Part shown: in pieces, positions 1 through 9,296 of the stretch
How positions within the stretch are numbered: position 1 is the first letter of the stretch
Layout of the letters: every line of letters starts with the position of its first letter
Origin: an uncultured Chloroflexia bacterium
Lineage (GTDB): Bacteria > Chloroflexota > Chloroflexia > QHBQ01 > JADMIH01
Direction: 5' to 3'
DNA length: 64,000 bases
Assembly: GCA_963797095.1 (NCBI GenBank)
Contig: CAWCNY010000002.1
Coordinates: 1,056,001 to 1,120,000 of the forward strand
Position numbers and translations under genes: made by a program
The notes under the pieces: generated by a model
Told to the model about the DNA's origin: nothing
What the model saw: only the letters and a program-made list of their open reading frames with translations
Databases searched by the model: none

Positions 1-1651
1 CGTCAACAGCCAGTTGGGCGCGCCCATCGTCTTCTCGCGGTCGACAGATCACGGGCTGTCATGGTCGGTGCCTATCACGGCAAGCCCGCCTATCTCCAAC
101 AACAACCAGGGGTCGCTACCTGTGATCGGCACCAACGGCGAGGTCTATCTCTACTACGTGGGCGCGGCCACTCAGAGCCAGATCAATTACAACTCGGTGC
201 TCTTCTCGCGCTCGACCGACGGCGGGCAAACATTCCCGTTCTTCACGCGCATATCGGACCTGACCGACCTCCCAAGCCCGCTGCCGCCCACCAACTTCCG
301 CAACAATCCGTTCGGGGCGATGGCAGCGGACAAGCAGATTTATGGGTATCTGTACGCGGTGTGGGCCGACTATCGCAACGGCGATGCCGATATTTTGCTT
401 TCGCGCTCGACCGACGACGGAAATTCGTGGAGCGCACCACAGCGCGTAAACGACGACCCGGTAGCGAACGGCAAAGACCAATTCTTCCCCTGGATCACCG
501 CATCTGCGGATGGAAGCATCCATATAGGGTGGTTCGATAGGCGCGAGGACGCGGCAAACCGCAACTATAAAGAGTACTATACGGTCTCTTATGACCACGG
601 CGCGACGTGGGAGCCAAACGTGGCAGTTAGCAGCGCCGCCTCTAATCCCGGTACGTCTACGTTCATCGGGGACTATTCGGGGATAGGAGCGACCACCGGG
701 GTGGTGATTCCAATCTGGACTGACATAAGGACTGGTACGAATCAGAACGCCTACGTGGCGCGGGGTGTATATACGGTAGGGCCAACGCTGACCCCCACAC
801 CAACCGAAGCGCCCACGAACACGGCCACTCCGACGGCCACCGATACGCCTACCTCGTCGCCAACGCTTGTCAGCACCGCTACTGCCACCAGCACCAACAC
901 TCCCGTTACGCCTCCGTCAAATACGCCAACAAATACTGCGGTCGTTCCGCCTACTGGCACGCCAACCAATACCCCCATAATTGTCCCTACACCCACCTCT
1001 ACCATGTGCCCCATCCAGTTCACCGATGTGCCTGAGGGTAGCACCTTCTACTCGTTCATCAGGTGCCTGGCGTGCCGGGGGATCATCAACGGCTATACGA
1101 CGGGATGCGTGACGGGAAGCCCCTGCTTCAAGCCGAACGATAATGTCACGAGGGGGCAGGTAGCCAAGATCGTGTCGAACGCGGCTGGATTCAACGAGCC
1201 TGCGACCAGCCAGCAGTACGAGGATGTGCCCGTTGGCTCTACCTTCTTCGACTTCATCTGGCGCTTGACCGTGCGGGGCTACGTCAACGGCTATCCATGC
1301 GGCGGGCCAGGGGAGCCTTGCGGGGGCGGCGGGTTGCCTTATTTCAGGCCCAACGCCGACGTGACGAGGGGGCAGATCACCAAGATCGTGTCGAATGCCG
1401 CGCAGTACAACGAAACAGCCACTGGGCAGCAGTTCCAGGACGTGGCCCCTGGTTCCACTTTCTATGACTTCATATACAGGTTGGTGATAAGAAACATCAT
1501 GTCGGGCTACCCGTGCGGAGGAGCGGGTGAGCCATGTGTAAGCCCCGACAACCTGCCTTATTTCAGGCCGGGAGCCAGCGCCACCAGGGGGCAGACATCG
1601 AAGATAGTAGCCAATACCTTCTATCCAAGTTGCGATACTCCCAGCAGATAG
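1..1651 (+). CDS. Secreted BNR/Asp-box (sialidase-like) protein with Thr/Pro linker and three Cys-containing SLH domains; 5'-truncated by the window
   Basis: Asp-boxes SRSTDHGLSW, SRSTDGGQTF, SRSTDDGNSW, SYDHGATW; TPT linker; three FxDV...GY...FRP...TRGQ..KIV SLH units. The frame is open to the window edge, so TTG at 14 is probably not the real start. Confidence 0.85.
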   Translation, partial: VNSQLGAPIVFSRSTDHGLSWSVPITASPPISNNNQGSLPVIGTNGEVYLYYVGAATQSQINYNSVLFSRSTDGGQTFPFFTRISDLTDLPSPLPPTNFRNNPFGAMAADKQIYGYLYAVWADYRNGDADILLSRSTDDGNSWSAPQRVNDDPVANGKDQFFPWITASADGSIHIGWFDRREDAANRNYKEYYTVSYDHGATWEPNVAVSSAASNPGTSTFIGDYSGIGATTGVVIPIWTDIRTGTNQNAYVARGVYTVGPTLTPTPTEAPTNTATPTATDTPTSSPTLVSTATATSTNTPVTPPSNTPTNTAVVPPTGTPTNTPIIVPTPTSTMCPIQFTDVPEGSTFYSFIRCLACRGIINGYTTGCVTGSPCFKPNDNVTRGQVAKIVSNAAGFNEPATSQQYEDVPVGSTFFDFIWRLTVRGYVNGYPCGGPGEPCGGGGLPYFRPNADVTRGQITKIVSNAAQYNETATGQQFQDVAPGSTFYDFIYRLVIRNIMSGYPCGGAGEPCVSPDNLPYFRPGASATRGQTSKIVANTFYPSCDTPSR

Positions 1652-1668
1652 AATAGAAAGGCTCAGTC

Positions 1669-4600
1669 ATGAACAGATCGCCTGGCCGTGGGCTATGGTT
1701 GGCGTCGGCATCCCTGCTGCTGTTAGCTGTGATCGGGATCGCACTCCTTGCGCACTATACGGCCCAATCGTCACAAACCTCTCCTCCAACAGTCACAAAC
1801 TCCGCACGTAGCAGCGCGATGGGCCTGACAAGCCCGTGGCCGGGGGCCGAGCATGAAGGCTCGGAGCTACAGGAGATGGCCGACTACTGGTACCAGAGGC
1901 TGACCTATCCCACAGGCGTGCTCAACCCTGAGTGGATCTTGCAGGCCACCAAACAGGATCAACAGGTGCAGAGCGGCGTGCCCGCTGGCCGGGTGGTGTA
2001 TAACCGCGCCGAAAGCCAATCGCCCCTGGACCTCGATCCTAACAGCTTTCTATCGCTTGGGCCTAAGCCTTTGCAGTGGTTCATCGGGAACACAGGGGGA
2101 CGGGTCAATGCGATCGTGGTGGACCCTGTGGTCACAACCACCGCCTATCTGGGGGTGGCGGGCGGGGGTGTCTGGAAAAGCACCAACTGCTGCTCGCCTT
2201 CGACCGTGTGGTTGCCCGTTACGGATGTATCCTCGGTGCCAAGCATCGGCGTTGACGACCTGACCATCGACCCGAACGATCACAACGTGATATACGCGGG
2301 CACGGGCGACCTGAACTATACCCTGCCTGAGTATATCGTGGGCGGCGTGCTCAAGAGCACCGATGCGGGTGCTAGTTGGAGCGCGCTTGGGCTTGATGTG
2401 TTCAATGCCGCCTATCCGGTGCCAGGGGGCGCGCCTCCCGAAACGCAGGCCATCGGCAAGGTGAAAGTGGACCCCCGCGACAGCAACAAGATCGTGGCCG
2501 GCACCAAGAGCGGGCTGTTCGTCTCCTACGATGGAGGGGCCAACTGGGCCGGGCCGTGCTACACCAATCCCTATTCGACGCAGAGGCAGGACGTGACGGG
2601 CCTGCTGATGAGGGATACGGGCAGCTTCACCGAGTTATATGTGGCGCAGGGCACGCGCGGCTTCAGCCTGACCATCCAGCCAAGCATGGCCGAGAACGGG
2701 GCGAACGGCATATACAAGGCAGAGCTTGGGAGCAGTGGGTGCCCCGCCGGATGGTCGCTGATCACGCGCCAGGACAACGGCTGGCCCTCAGGCACGGGGA
2801 CCGGCACGCCTGGACACCTGGGTGGTGACAAATTAGGGCGTATAGATCTCGCGTTCGCGCCTGGCACTATTGGGCCGGGGAGCAGCAATGTAACTATCTA
2901 CGCGCAGGTGCAATCTACTCAGGGCAATGTAGGCGGCCAGTTGGGCGTGTGGCGCACCACCGATGGTGGCACAACCTGGAGCCAGCGGTCGAGCAGCAGC
3001 GCGCTTGTGCCGTGCCCCGGCTCGCCCTATGGCGATTTCCCGCAGAACTGGTTCGACCAGGGATTGGCCGTCGACCCGACAGACCTCAAGAACGTCTATA
3101 TGGACACCTTCGACCTGTGGCGTTCGACCGATGGGGGGGTTACGTTCACCGATATCACATGTGGGTACTCGTCGACGGCGCAGGCGCACCCCGACCACCA
3201 CGCTATAACATTCAGACCGGGCTCGACAAATGATCTGCTGGCGGGCACGGACGGTGGTGTGTATAACACAAGCGACGGCGGCACCTTCTGGCAGGAATTG
3301 AACGACACCTTAAGTACGCTTGAGTTTTACTCAGGGGATATAACAGCTGATTTCGCCAATTCCGACCACCCGGCGGCGGCAGGCGGTATGCAGGACAACG
3401 GCACCGCCGTAACCGAGTGGTTTGGCACGCCCGGCCCCTCGGCGTGGTCTGCCGTGCTGGGCGGTGATGGGATCTGGTCGCGGATTGAGCCTGTGCTGGG
3501 TCAGCGTTACTATGCCGAGGTGAACGGGGCGCGCCTCTTCGCGTCTGAAAGCGGCGGGTTTGGCGGCTACAACGAGATCACGGGCGGGTGGCGCTCGGCA
3601 CCGCACAACTACCTCTTGCCTTATGACCTGTACAAGTACGATTGCCCGGACACTGGCTGCACCCACGTGATAGTCGGTTCAAACGCGGTCAGCGAGACCG
3701 TGACCGGCGTTGCGCCGTGGATCAAAGTCAGCCCCGACTTCCCAGGCTACATCGAGAAACTGCACTATTCTGTGAGCCTCTCCACCACCGCCATATTCGG
3801 CACCAGCCAGGGGCAGGTGGTGTACGGCTTCGGGCTGGGGCAGGGCGTGATGGCGAACTGGGTGGACGTGACGGGCGGGAACGCGGTGTTGCCCAACAGG
3901 CCCATACTGGACGTGGCTACAGACCCTGTGAACCCCTTGATCGGGTACGCGGGGGTAGGAGGGTTCGGAGAGAACACTCCCGGCCACGAGGGGCACGTGT
4001 TCCGCGTGACCTGCACGGCGGATTGTGCCTCATTTGCGTGGGAGGACAAGAGCGGCAACCTGCCCGATGTACCTGTGGAGGCGATAGTGGCGAACCCCCT
4101 CTACCCACAGCAGATATTCGTGGGCACCGATTGGGGTCTGTATTACTCGGACGACATCACCGCAGGGGTGCCTGTCTGGCAGCGGTTCGACGCGGGGCTG
4201 CCGCACGCCTTCATATACGATATGCAGATCGACAGGGGCTTCACGGTGCTGTCGGTGTGGACGCGCAGCCGTGGGGCGTTCGTGTGGCCCCTGCCTGCCG
4301 GCCCTGTCGGTGGGCCGACGGTGACGCCAGGACCCGCAACTGCCACGGCTACAAGCAGCCCAACGGTTGTGCCTACCTCCACCGAGATGCCGACTGCAAC
4401 GAGCACCAGTACGAGCACCAGTATGAGTACCAGCACAAGCACCTCGACGGTTATTCCTTCCGATACGCCGTCCAGCACATATACCGTTGTGGCGGGAACC
4501 GCAACGCCGACTTTGTGCGCGATCAGCTTCACCGATGTGCCTGCGGGGAGCACCTTCTACGATTATGTGCAGTGCATGGCCTGTAAAGGGATCATCAACG

Positions 4601-5157
4601 GCTATACAACCGGCTGTGAGACGGGTAACCCGTGTTTCAGGCCTAATGCCAACGTGACGAGGGGTCAGCTATCGAAGATCGTGTCGAACGCGGCTGGCTT
4701 CCATGACGACCCCGGCAGACAATGGTTCGAGGATGTACCACCAGACTCGACCTTCTTCGACTTCATACAAAGGCTGGCGAACCGTGGGATCATCAATGGC
4801 TATCCGTGCGGTGGGCCCGGCGAGCCATGCGGGAGTGGGAGCCTGCTCTACTTCAGGCCGAACGCCAATGTGACGAGGGGTCAGCTATCGAAGATCGTGT
4901 CGAACGCGGTAGCATATAGTGACCCGCCGGGTGCGCAGCAGTTCGAGGACGTGTTGCCCGGCTCCACTTTCTATGACTATATCTGGAGGTTGGCCGACCG
5001 CGGCATAATGTCGGGCTACCAGTGCGGAGGGGTAGGAGAGCCTTGTGGAGGGGGAAGCCTGCCTTACTTCCGCCCATCCAACAATGCTACCAGGGGGCAG
5101 GCGAGCAAGATCGTGGCAAACACCTTCTTCCCAGCCTGCTCTACCCCGGACAGGTGA
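1669..5157 (+). CDS. Secreted BNR-repeat beta-propeller protein (GH74/VPS10-like) with Thr/Ser linker and three SLH domains
   Basis: N-terminal hydrophobic signal; GRVNAIVVDP, GGVWKST, KSTDAGASW, RTTDGGTTW, HPDHHAI, GTDGGVY motifs; C-terminal SLH triplet. Confidence 0.85.
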   Translation: MNRSPGRGLWLASASLLLLAVIGIALLAHYTAQSSQTSPPTVTNSARSSAMGLTSPWPGAEHEGSELQEMADYWYQRLTYPTGVLNPEWILQATKQDQQVQSGVPAGRVVYNRAESQSPLDLDPNSFLSLGPKPLQWFIGNTGGRVNAIVVDPVVTTTAYLGVAGGGVWKSTNCCSPSTVWLPVTDVSSVPSIGVDDLTIDPNDHNVIYAGTGDLNYTLPEYIVGGVLKSTDAGASWSALGLDVFNAAYPVPGGAPPETQAIGKVKVDPRDSNKIVAGTKSGLFVSYDGGANWAGPCYTNPYSTQRQDVTGLLMRDTGSFTELYVAQGTRGFSLTIQPSMAENGANGIYKAELGSSGCPAGWSLITRQDNGWPSGTGTGTPGHLGGDKLGRIDLAFAPGTIGPGSSNVTIYAQVQSTQGNVGGQLGVWRTTDGGTTWSQRSSSSALVPCPGSPYGDFPQNWFDQGLAVDPTDLKNVYMDTFDLWRSTDGGVTFTDITCGYSSTAQAHPDHHAITFRPGSTNDLLAGTDGGVYNTSDGGTFWQELNDTLSTLEFYSGDITADFANSDHPAAAGGMQDNGTAVTEWFGTPGPSAWSAVLGGDGIWSRIEPVLGQRYYAEVNGARLFASESGGFGGYNEITGGWRSAPHNYLLPYDLYKYDCPDTGCTHVIVGSNAVSETVTGVAPWIKVSPDFPGYIEKLHYSVSLSTTAIFGTSQGQVVYGFGLGQGVMANWVDVTGGNAVLPNRPILDVATDPVNPLIGYAGVGGFGENTPGHEGHVFRVTCTADCASFAWEDKSGNLPDVPVEAIVANPLYPQQIFVGTDWGLYYSDDITAGVPVWQRFDAGLPHAFIYDMQIDRGFTVLSVWTRSRGAFVWPLPAGPVGGPTVTPGPATATATSSPTVVPTSTEMPTATSTSTSTSMSTSTSTSTVIPSDTPSSTYTVVAGTATPTLCAISFTDVPAGSTFYDYVQCMACKGIINGYTTGCETGNPCFRPNANVTRGQLSKIVSNAAGFHDDPGRQWFEDVPPDSTFFDFIQRLANRGIINGYPCGGPGEPCGSGSLLYFRPNANVTRGQLSKIVSNAVAYSDPPGAQQFEDVLPGSTFYDYIWRLADRGIMSGYQCGGVGEPCGGGSLPYFRPSNNATRGQASKIVANTFFPACSTPDR

Positions 5158-5327
5158 TCGCCTATGTAGAGATCGAGATCGTTGGTTCCTGATTCCTGGT
5201 TAGTGCGCGAGGGATCTTGTTCTTCGCTTATACTCTTGGGCGTGATACTCTCCTGATCGGGATCTTGGAACAGGACATTATTAGCCTGGTAGTCTATTTT
5301 GTAGCATGCAAAAGGAAGGAATCGTTT

Positions 5328-7787
5328 ATGTCATCAATCCGCAACTCGAATATGAAGTGGGTCATCGTGTTTGTGTTGGTGTTATTTTCATTGATGGTGC
5401 TAACCACTCTCTCTGAGCCGCAGACCCAGGCGGCCAATGCTTCCACACCCACCTGGTTGGCGGCGGTGCCGCTTCATCAGATCAATCCACCTCGCCGAGA
5501 GTCGGGGCCTCCCTCCGATGGTCCGGCTCCGCTGGTCGGTTTGCCGTCTCCGTTCAGGGCGTTGGATACACCGGTGTGGGGGGATAACGTGCGGGCGAAT
5601 ACCGACACACAGTCGCCTAATCGCGCCCAGCAAGAGCCAAGTATAGCGATCAACCCGACCAACCCGCTGAACGTGGTGGCTGCCGCCAAGGACGAGCGGG
5701 GAGGGGTCAACACCAAGCAGGTGTGGATCTATACGTCGACGGATGGCGGGCAGACCTGGCTCAACCAGCCGTTTCCTCATGCAACTCCAGCGCCGAGCTA
5801 TTCCAGCGACCCGGTCGTGAAGTTCAGCGACGATGGCATCTGCTACGTGGTATCGCTTCCATACGGGAGTGGCACCGTGGGCGTGCAGGTCGCTACCTCA
5901 ACCGATGGAGGCGTTACATTCGCCACAGGCACGCGGGTGACCACCAACGGCAACTCGGATAAAGAGTGGATGTGGGTCGATAACTACCCGTCCAGCCCCT
6001 ATTACCACAGGATGTACGTGGCCTGGATGGACTTCTCGCCCGGTTTCCGCGTGAATATCTCTACCGACCGGGGGCAGACGTGGGCTCAAAGCCCGCTGGG
6101 GCAGAGCGCGTACCAGTTCCCGATGCCGATTGTCTACCCGAACGGGGATGTGGTGGCGATCTTCGCCAACCCGTCTAACTTCGCGTACGTGCGATCTACC
6201 AATGGCGGCACTAGCTGGGCTTCACAACAGTCGATTGCGAATTATTCATACGCGAATTGCCCGCCCGACAATTCGGGCTGCGGCATCTGGCGTCTCAATT
6301 CGATCCCCGTGATCGCGGTGAACCCCAACAACGGCAACGCGGTTGTGGCCTGGGCCGATGGAGGCAGCCCCAACAACACCAGTACCATCAAGTTCTCGCG
6401 TGGGGCATCCAACGGAACGGTGTGGTCTGCGCCGGCGGTGCTTGCCGCGCCTGGTGTCGCCAACACCTACCAGGTAGAGCCGTGGGTAGAAGCCGACGAA
6501 AACGGCACCTTCCATGCTGTCTGGTATGACGATCGCTCGAACCCCAATACAAGTATATTCGACATCTATTACAGCCAATCCACCGACGACGGCCAGACCT
6601 GGAGCACCGCTGAGAGGATCAGCACCGCCACCAGCGACCTGCGCATAGGGATACCAAGCAGCTACGCGCTGGCCGCGGGCGACTATATTAACGTGACCGC
6701 GGCGGATGGGAATGTTTATGCGACATGGACCGACACGCGGGCAGGCAACGGCGAAGATATCTATGTGGTGCGCGGGATCATGGGCGGGGGCACGCCAACT
6801 CCCACACCTACGGGCACACCGCCCACCAGCACAGCCACGCGCACTTCGACTTCAACGTCCACATCTACATCTACGAGCACGCAAACAAATACGGCCACAC
6901 CCACAAGCACGCGTACCAATACCAGCGTGCCAACAAGCACGACAGGGCCAACAGATACGGCTGTCCCGACCGATACGCCGGGTGCGACTGGCACATCTGA
7001 GCCAACAAGCACGGCTGCGCCCACCGATACAGTAACCCCGGCACCCACAGACACCTCAACGAGTGTGGTGCCGTCCGCGACATCTACGTCCACGGCCCTG
7101 CCGACCGATACTGTGGTTGCCCCGACGGTCACGCCAACCTCGTGCGTGCTGCAATTCACCGATGTGCTGCCCGGCGATACCTTCTACGACAATATCAGGT
7201 GTCTTGCTTGCAGGGGCATCATCAACGGCTATTCGTCGGGGTGCGAGACCGGGAACCCTTGCTTCAGACCGGGGAACCTCGTTACCAGGGGGCAGATATC
7301 CAAGATAGTGTCCAACTCGGCTGGCTTCAATGGGGAGACCGGCCCGCAGCAGTACGAGGACGTGCCTCTCGGCTCGACCTTCTACGATTACATCTGGCGC
7401 TTGACTATCAGAGGGTACCTGAACGGCTATCCGTGCGGCGGGCCTGGCGAGCCTTGTGGAGCGGGGAACCTGCCTTACTTCAGGCCCAACACCAACGTCA
7501 CCAGGGGACAGCTAAGCAAGATCGTATCGGAAGCTGCCGGCTTCAACGAAGCATCTGGAGATCAGCAATTCGAGGATGTGCTGCCCGGCAGCACCTTCTA
7601 CGACTACATCTGGCGCTTGACCGACCGCAGCATCATGTCAGGCTACCCGTGCGGAGGGGTAGGAGAGCCCTGTGTAGACCCTGCCGACCTGCCATACTTC
7701 AGGCCAAGAGCCAACGCTACGAGAGGCCAAGCATCAAAGATCGTGGCTAATACCTTCTTGCCCGGCTGTGAAACGCCGGTGCGATAG
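5328..7787 (+). CDS. Secreted sialidase-like BNR protein with Thr-rich linker and three SLH domains
   Basis: AAGGAAGGA RBS before ATG 5328; signal peptide; EPSIAINPTNP, STDGGQTW, SDPVV, DKEWM, GDY motifs; SLH triplet. Confidence 0.85.
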   Translation: MSSIRNSNMKWVIVFVLVLFSLMVLTTLSEPQTQAANASTPTWLAAVPLHQINPPRRESGPPSDGPAPLVGLPSPFRALDTPVWGDNVRANTDTQSPNRAQQEPSIAINPTNPLNVVAAAKDERGGVNTKQVWIYTSTDGGQTWLNQPFPHATPAPSYSSDPVVKFSDDGICYVVSLPYGSGTVGVQVATSTDGGVTFATGTRVTTNGNSDKEWMWVDNYPSSPYYHRMYVAWMDFSPGFRVNISTDRGQTWAQSPLGQSAYQFPMPIVYPNGDVVAIFANPSNFAYVRSTNGGTSWASQQSIANYSYANCPPDNSGCGIWRLNSIPVIAVNPNNGNAVVAWADGGSPNNTSTIKFSRGASNGTVWSAPAVLAAPGVANTYQVEPWVEADENGTFHAVWYDDRSNPNTSIFDIYYSQSTDDGQTWSTAERISTATSDLRIGIPSSYALAAGDYINVTAADGNVYATWTDTRAGNGEDIYVVRGIMGGGTPTPTPTGTPPTSTATRTSTSTSTSTSTSTQTNTATPTSTRTNTSVPTSTTGPTDTAVPTDTPGATGTSEPTSTAAPTDTVTPAPTDTSTSVVPSATSTSTALPTDTVVAPTVTPTSCVLQFTDVLPGDTFYDNIRCLACRGIINGYSSGCETGNPCFRPGNLVTRGQISKIVSNSAGFNGETGPQQYEDVPLGSTFYDYIWRLTIRGYLNGYPCGGPGEPCGAGNLPYFRPNTNVTRGQLSKIVSEAAGFNEASGDQQFEDVLPGSTFYDYIWRLTDRSIMSGYPCGGVGEPCVDPADLPYFRPRANATRGQASKIVANTFLPGCETPVR

Positions 7788-7789
7788 GC

Positions 7790-7868
7790 GCACGAAAGAC
7801 GAGGGACGAAGGACGAAATAAGCAATATGCAGTACGCAGTACGCAGTATACACTCGTCCTTCGTCCTT
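7790..7868. repeat. Intergenic heptamer repeats forming an inverted pair (GACGAAG / CTTCGTC, GCAGTAC)
   Basis: gacgagggacgaaggacgaa ... gcagtacgcagtacgcagta ... ctcgtccttcgtcc between convergent genes. Confidence 0.6.
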
Positions 7869-9185
7869 TTACCTGCAATCCGGCCCATAAAGATCTCTAA
7901 GGAAATCGCGGCCTGCCTGCACGTCCATGTCGAAGTCGAGAGAGGTCTTGCCGTTGTTGAACGATTCCAGCGAGTGATTGAGGCGGGATTCGTTGCTGCC
8001 CGCGTCATACGTGCGCTCCAGGGCATCCAGGCCGCCTATGACCAGGTAGGCGGCAAGCCCGTTCATGTAGGCGCGTAGCTCTTCCTCAACCGTGCAGCCC
8101 CTGGGTATGGGCTGCACCCCGCCTGTCAGGTCGTAAGCGTGGGTGGCTTCGTGCGCCAGAATGCTGGCTATGGATGCTACGTCGGCATCGCGAAAGCTTC
8201 TTGATATGACTATGTAATATTGCTGTGTCCGGGTGCCCGACGAGTAGAACGCGCCCGCTACCCCTTCTTCGCTCACGTCCTCAAAGCTGACGAGCACGCG
8301 ATTTTCGATAATGACGGCAGGTATCCACTGGAACTCAGGTGTCCTGCCAAGAGCCTGCACCGCGGGCAACAAGGCGTCGTCCACAAGCGCATCGAGGCGA
8401 GGATCGTCGCTAAGGTCCGATTCGGCGGCTGGAATGGGTGTGGGCAGGATCACCCTGGCAAGAGGATCGAGGTTGATGTAGCGGGCGTATTCCACGCCCA
8501 GCAAACCAAGCTGCACGTTATGCTGCGGTTCGCGTTCGGGGTGCCACTCGAAGCGATTGCGCTCGAAGTACTGTACGGTATAGGGCTTGCCGTCGGTGGG
8601 GCTGACCTCCACAAACTCCTCCGAGATGGGATAGCCGAAGACGGCCAGCCCGCCGTTGTTCTGCCAGTATGTCAGGAAGGCGTTGGCTAGATTATGGCCT
8701 GTCTGTGTGAAAAAGAATGAGGTGGGGGTGTTCTGGCCCGTGGACGGAGATTGGAAGATGAGGCCGCGAGCCTGGGACATAATAGCGCCGAGACGGGTCA
8801 GCAGGATGTCATTGTTGATGTTGGGGGAAAGTTCGGGGTGGAATTCGAGGCGGGCGCGTTCCAGGTACTGCACGGTGAGGCCATCTTCCACCAAAGGCTC
8901 GGTGAGGGGGAGGCCTAGGATGGAGGTTGCCCCGTGGGTTTCCCAGTAGTTGAGGAAGGCCCCGCGCAGGAAGTGGGCGGTCTGAGTGAAGTAGCGTACC
9001 CTCCCTTCGCTGATGGAGGTAGGGGCCGGGGTGACGTAGCTTGGAGATTGGAGGGCAGCGGCGCTGCCGGCTGCGAGCGAGAGCCACTGCGGGAGGCCCG
9101 CGATAACGAGGGCCAGGATGAGGAGGACGGCGCGCGGTAGACGGCGCGGCCCAAATGGTTTGCGTGTTAGGCCTGGTATGTGCAT
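7869..9185 (-). CDS. Exported protein with two Chloroflexi-type FxETGH/QYFER repeats and a C-terminal HExxH zinc-metallopeptidase-like domain
   Basis: Start reassigned to ATG 9185 (GAAGAGGA RBS); N-terminal TM/signal; repeats YFTQTAH..GLP..VQYLER and FFTQTGH..GYP..VQYFER; LAHEATH...EEELRAY. Confidence 0.75.
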   Translation of the reverse strand: MHIPGLTRKPFGPRRLPRAVLLILALVIAGLPQWLSLAAGSAAALQSPSYVTPAPTSISEGRVRYFTQTAHFLRGAFLNYWETHGATSILGLPLTEPLVEDGLTVQYLERARLEFHPELSPNINNDILLTRLGAIMSQARGLIFQSPSTGQNTPTSFFFTQTGHNLANAFLTYWQNNGGLAVFGYPISEEFVEVSPTDGKPYTVQYFERNRFEWHPEREPQHNVQLGLLGVEYARYINLDPLARVILPTPIPAAESDLSDDPRLDALVDDALLPAVQALGRTPEFQWIPAVIIENRVLVSFEDVSEEGVAGAFYSSGTRTQQYYIVISRSFRDADVASIASILAHEATHAYDLTGGVQPIPRGCTVEEELRAYMNGLAAYLVIGGLDALERTYDAGSNESRLNHSLESFNNGKTSLDFDMDVQAGRDFLRDLYGPDCR

Positions 9186-9296
9186 AATATTATCCTCTTC
9201 ACCAACCTGTTTATGGGCGATTATATCAGGTTCTTGTATTTTCGTATGCCTGTGGGCCGCGAGCCGGTATCCAATGATACTACGCATGGAGGTTAT

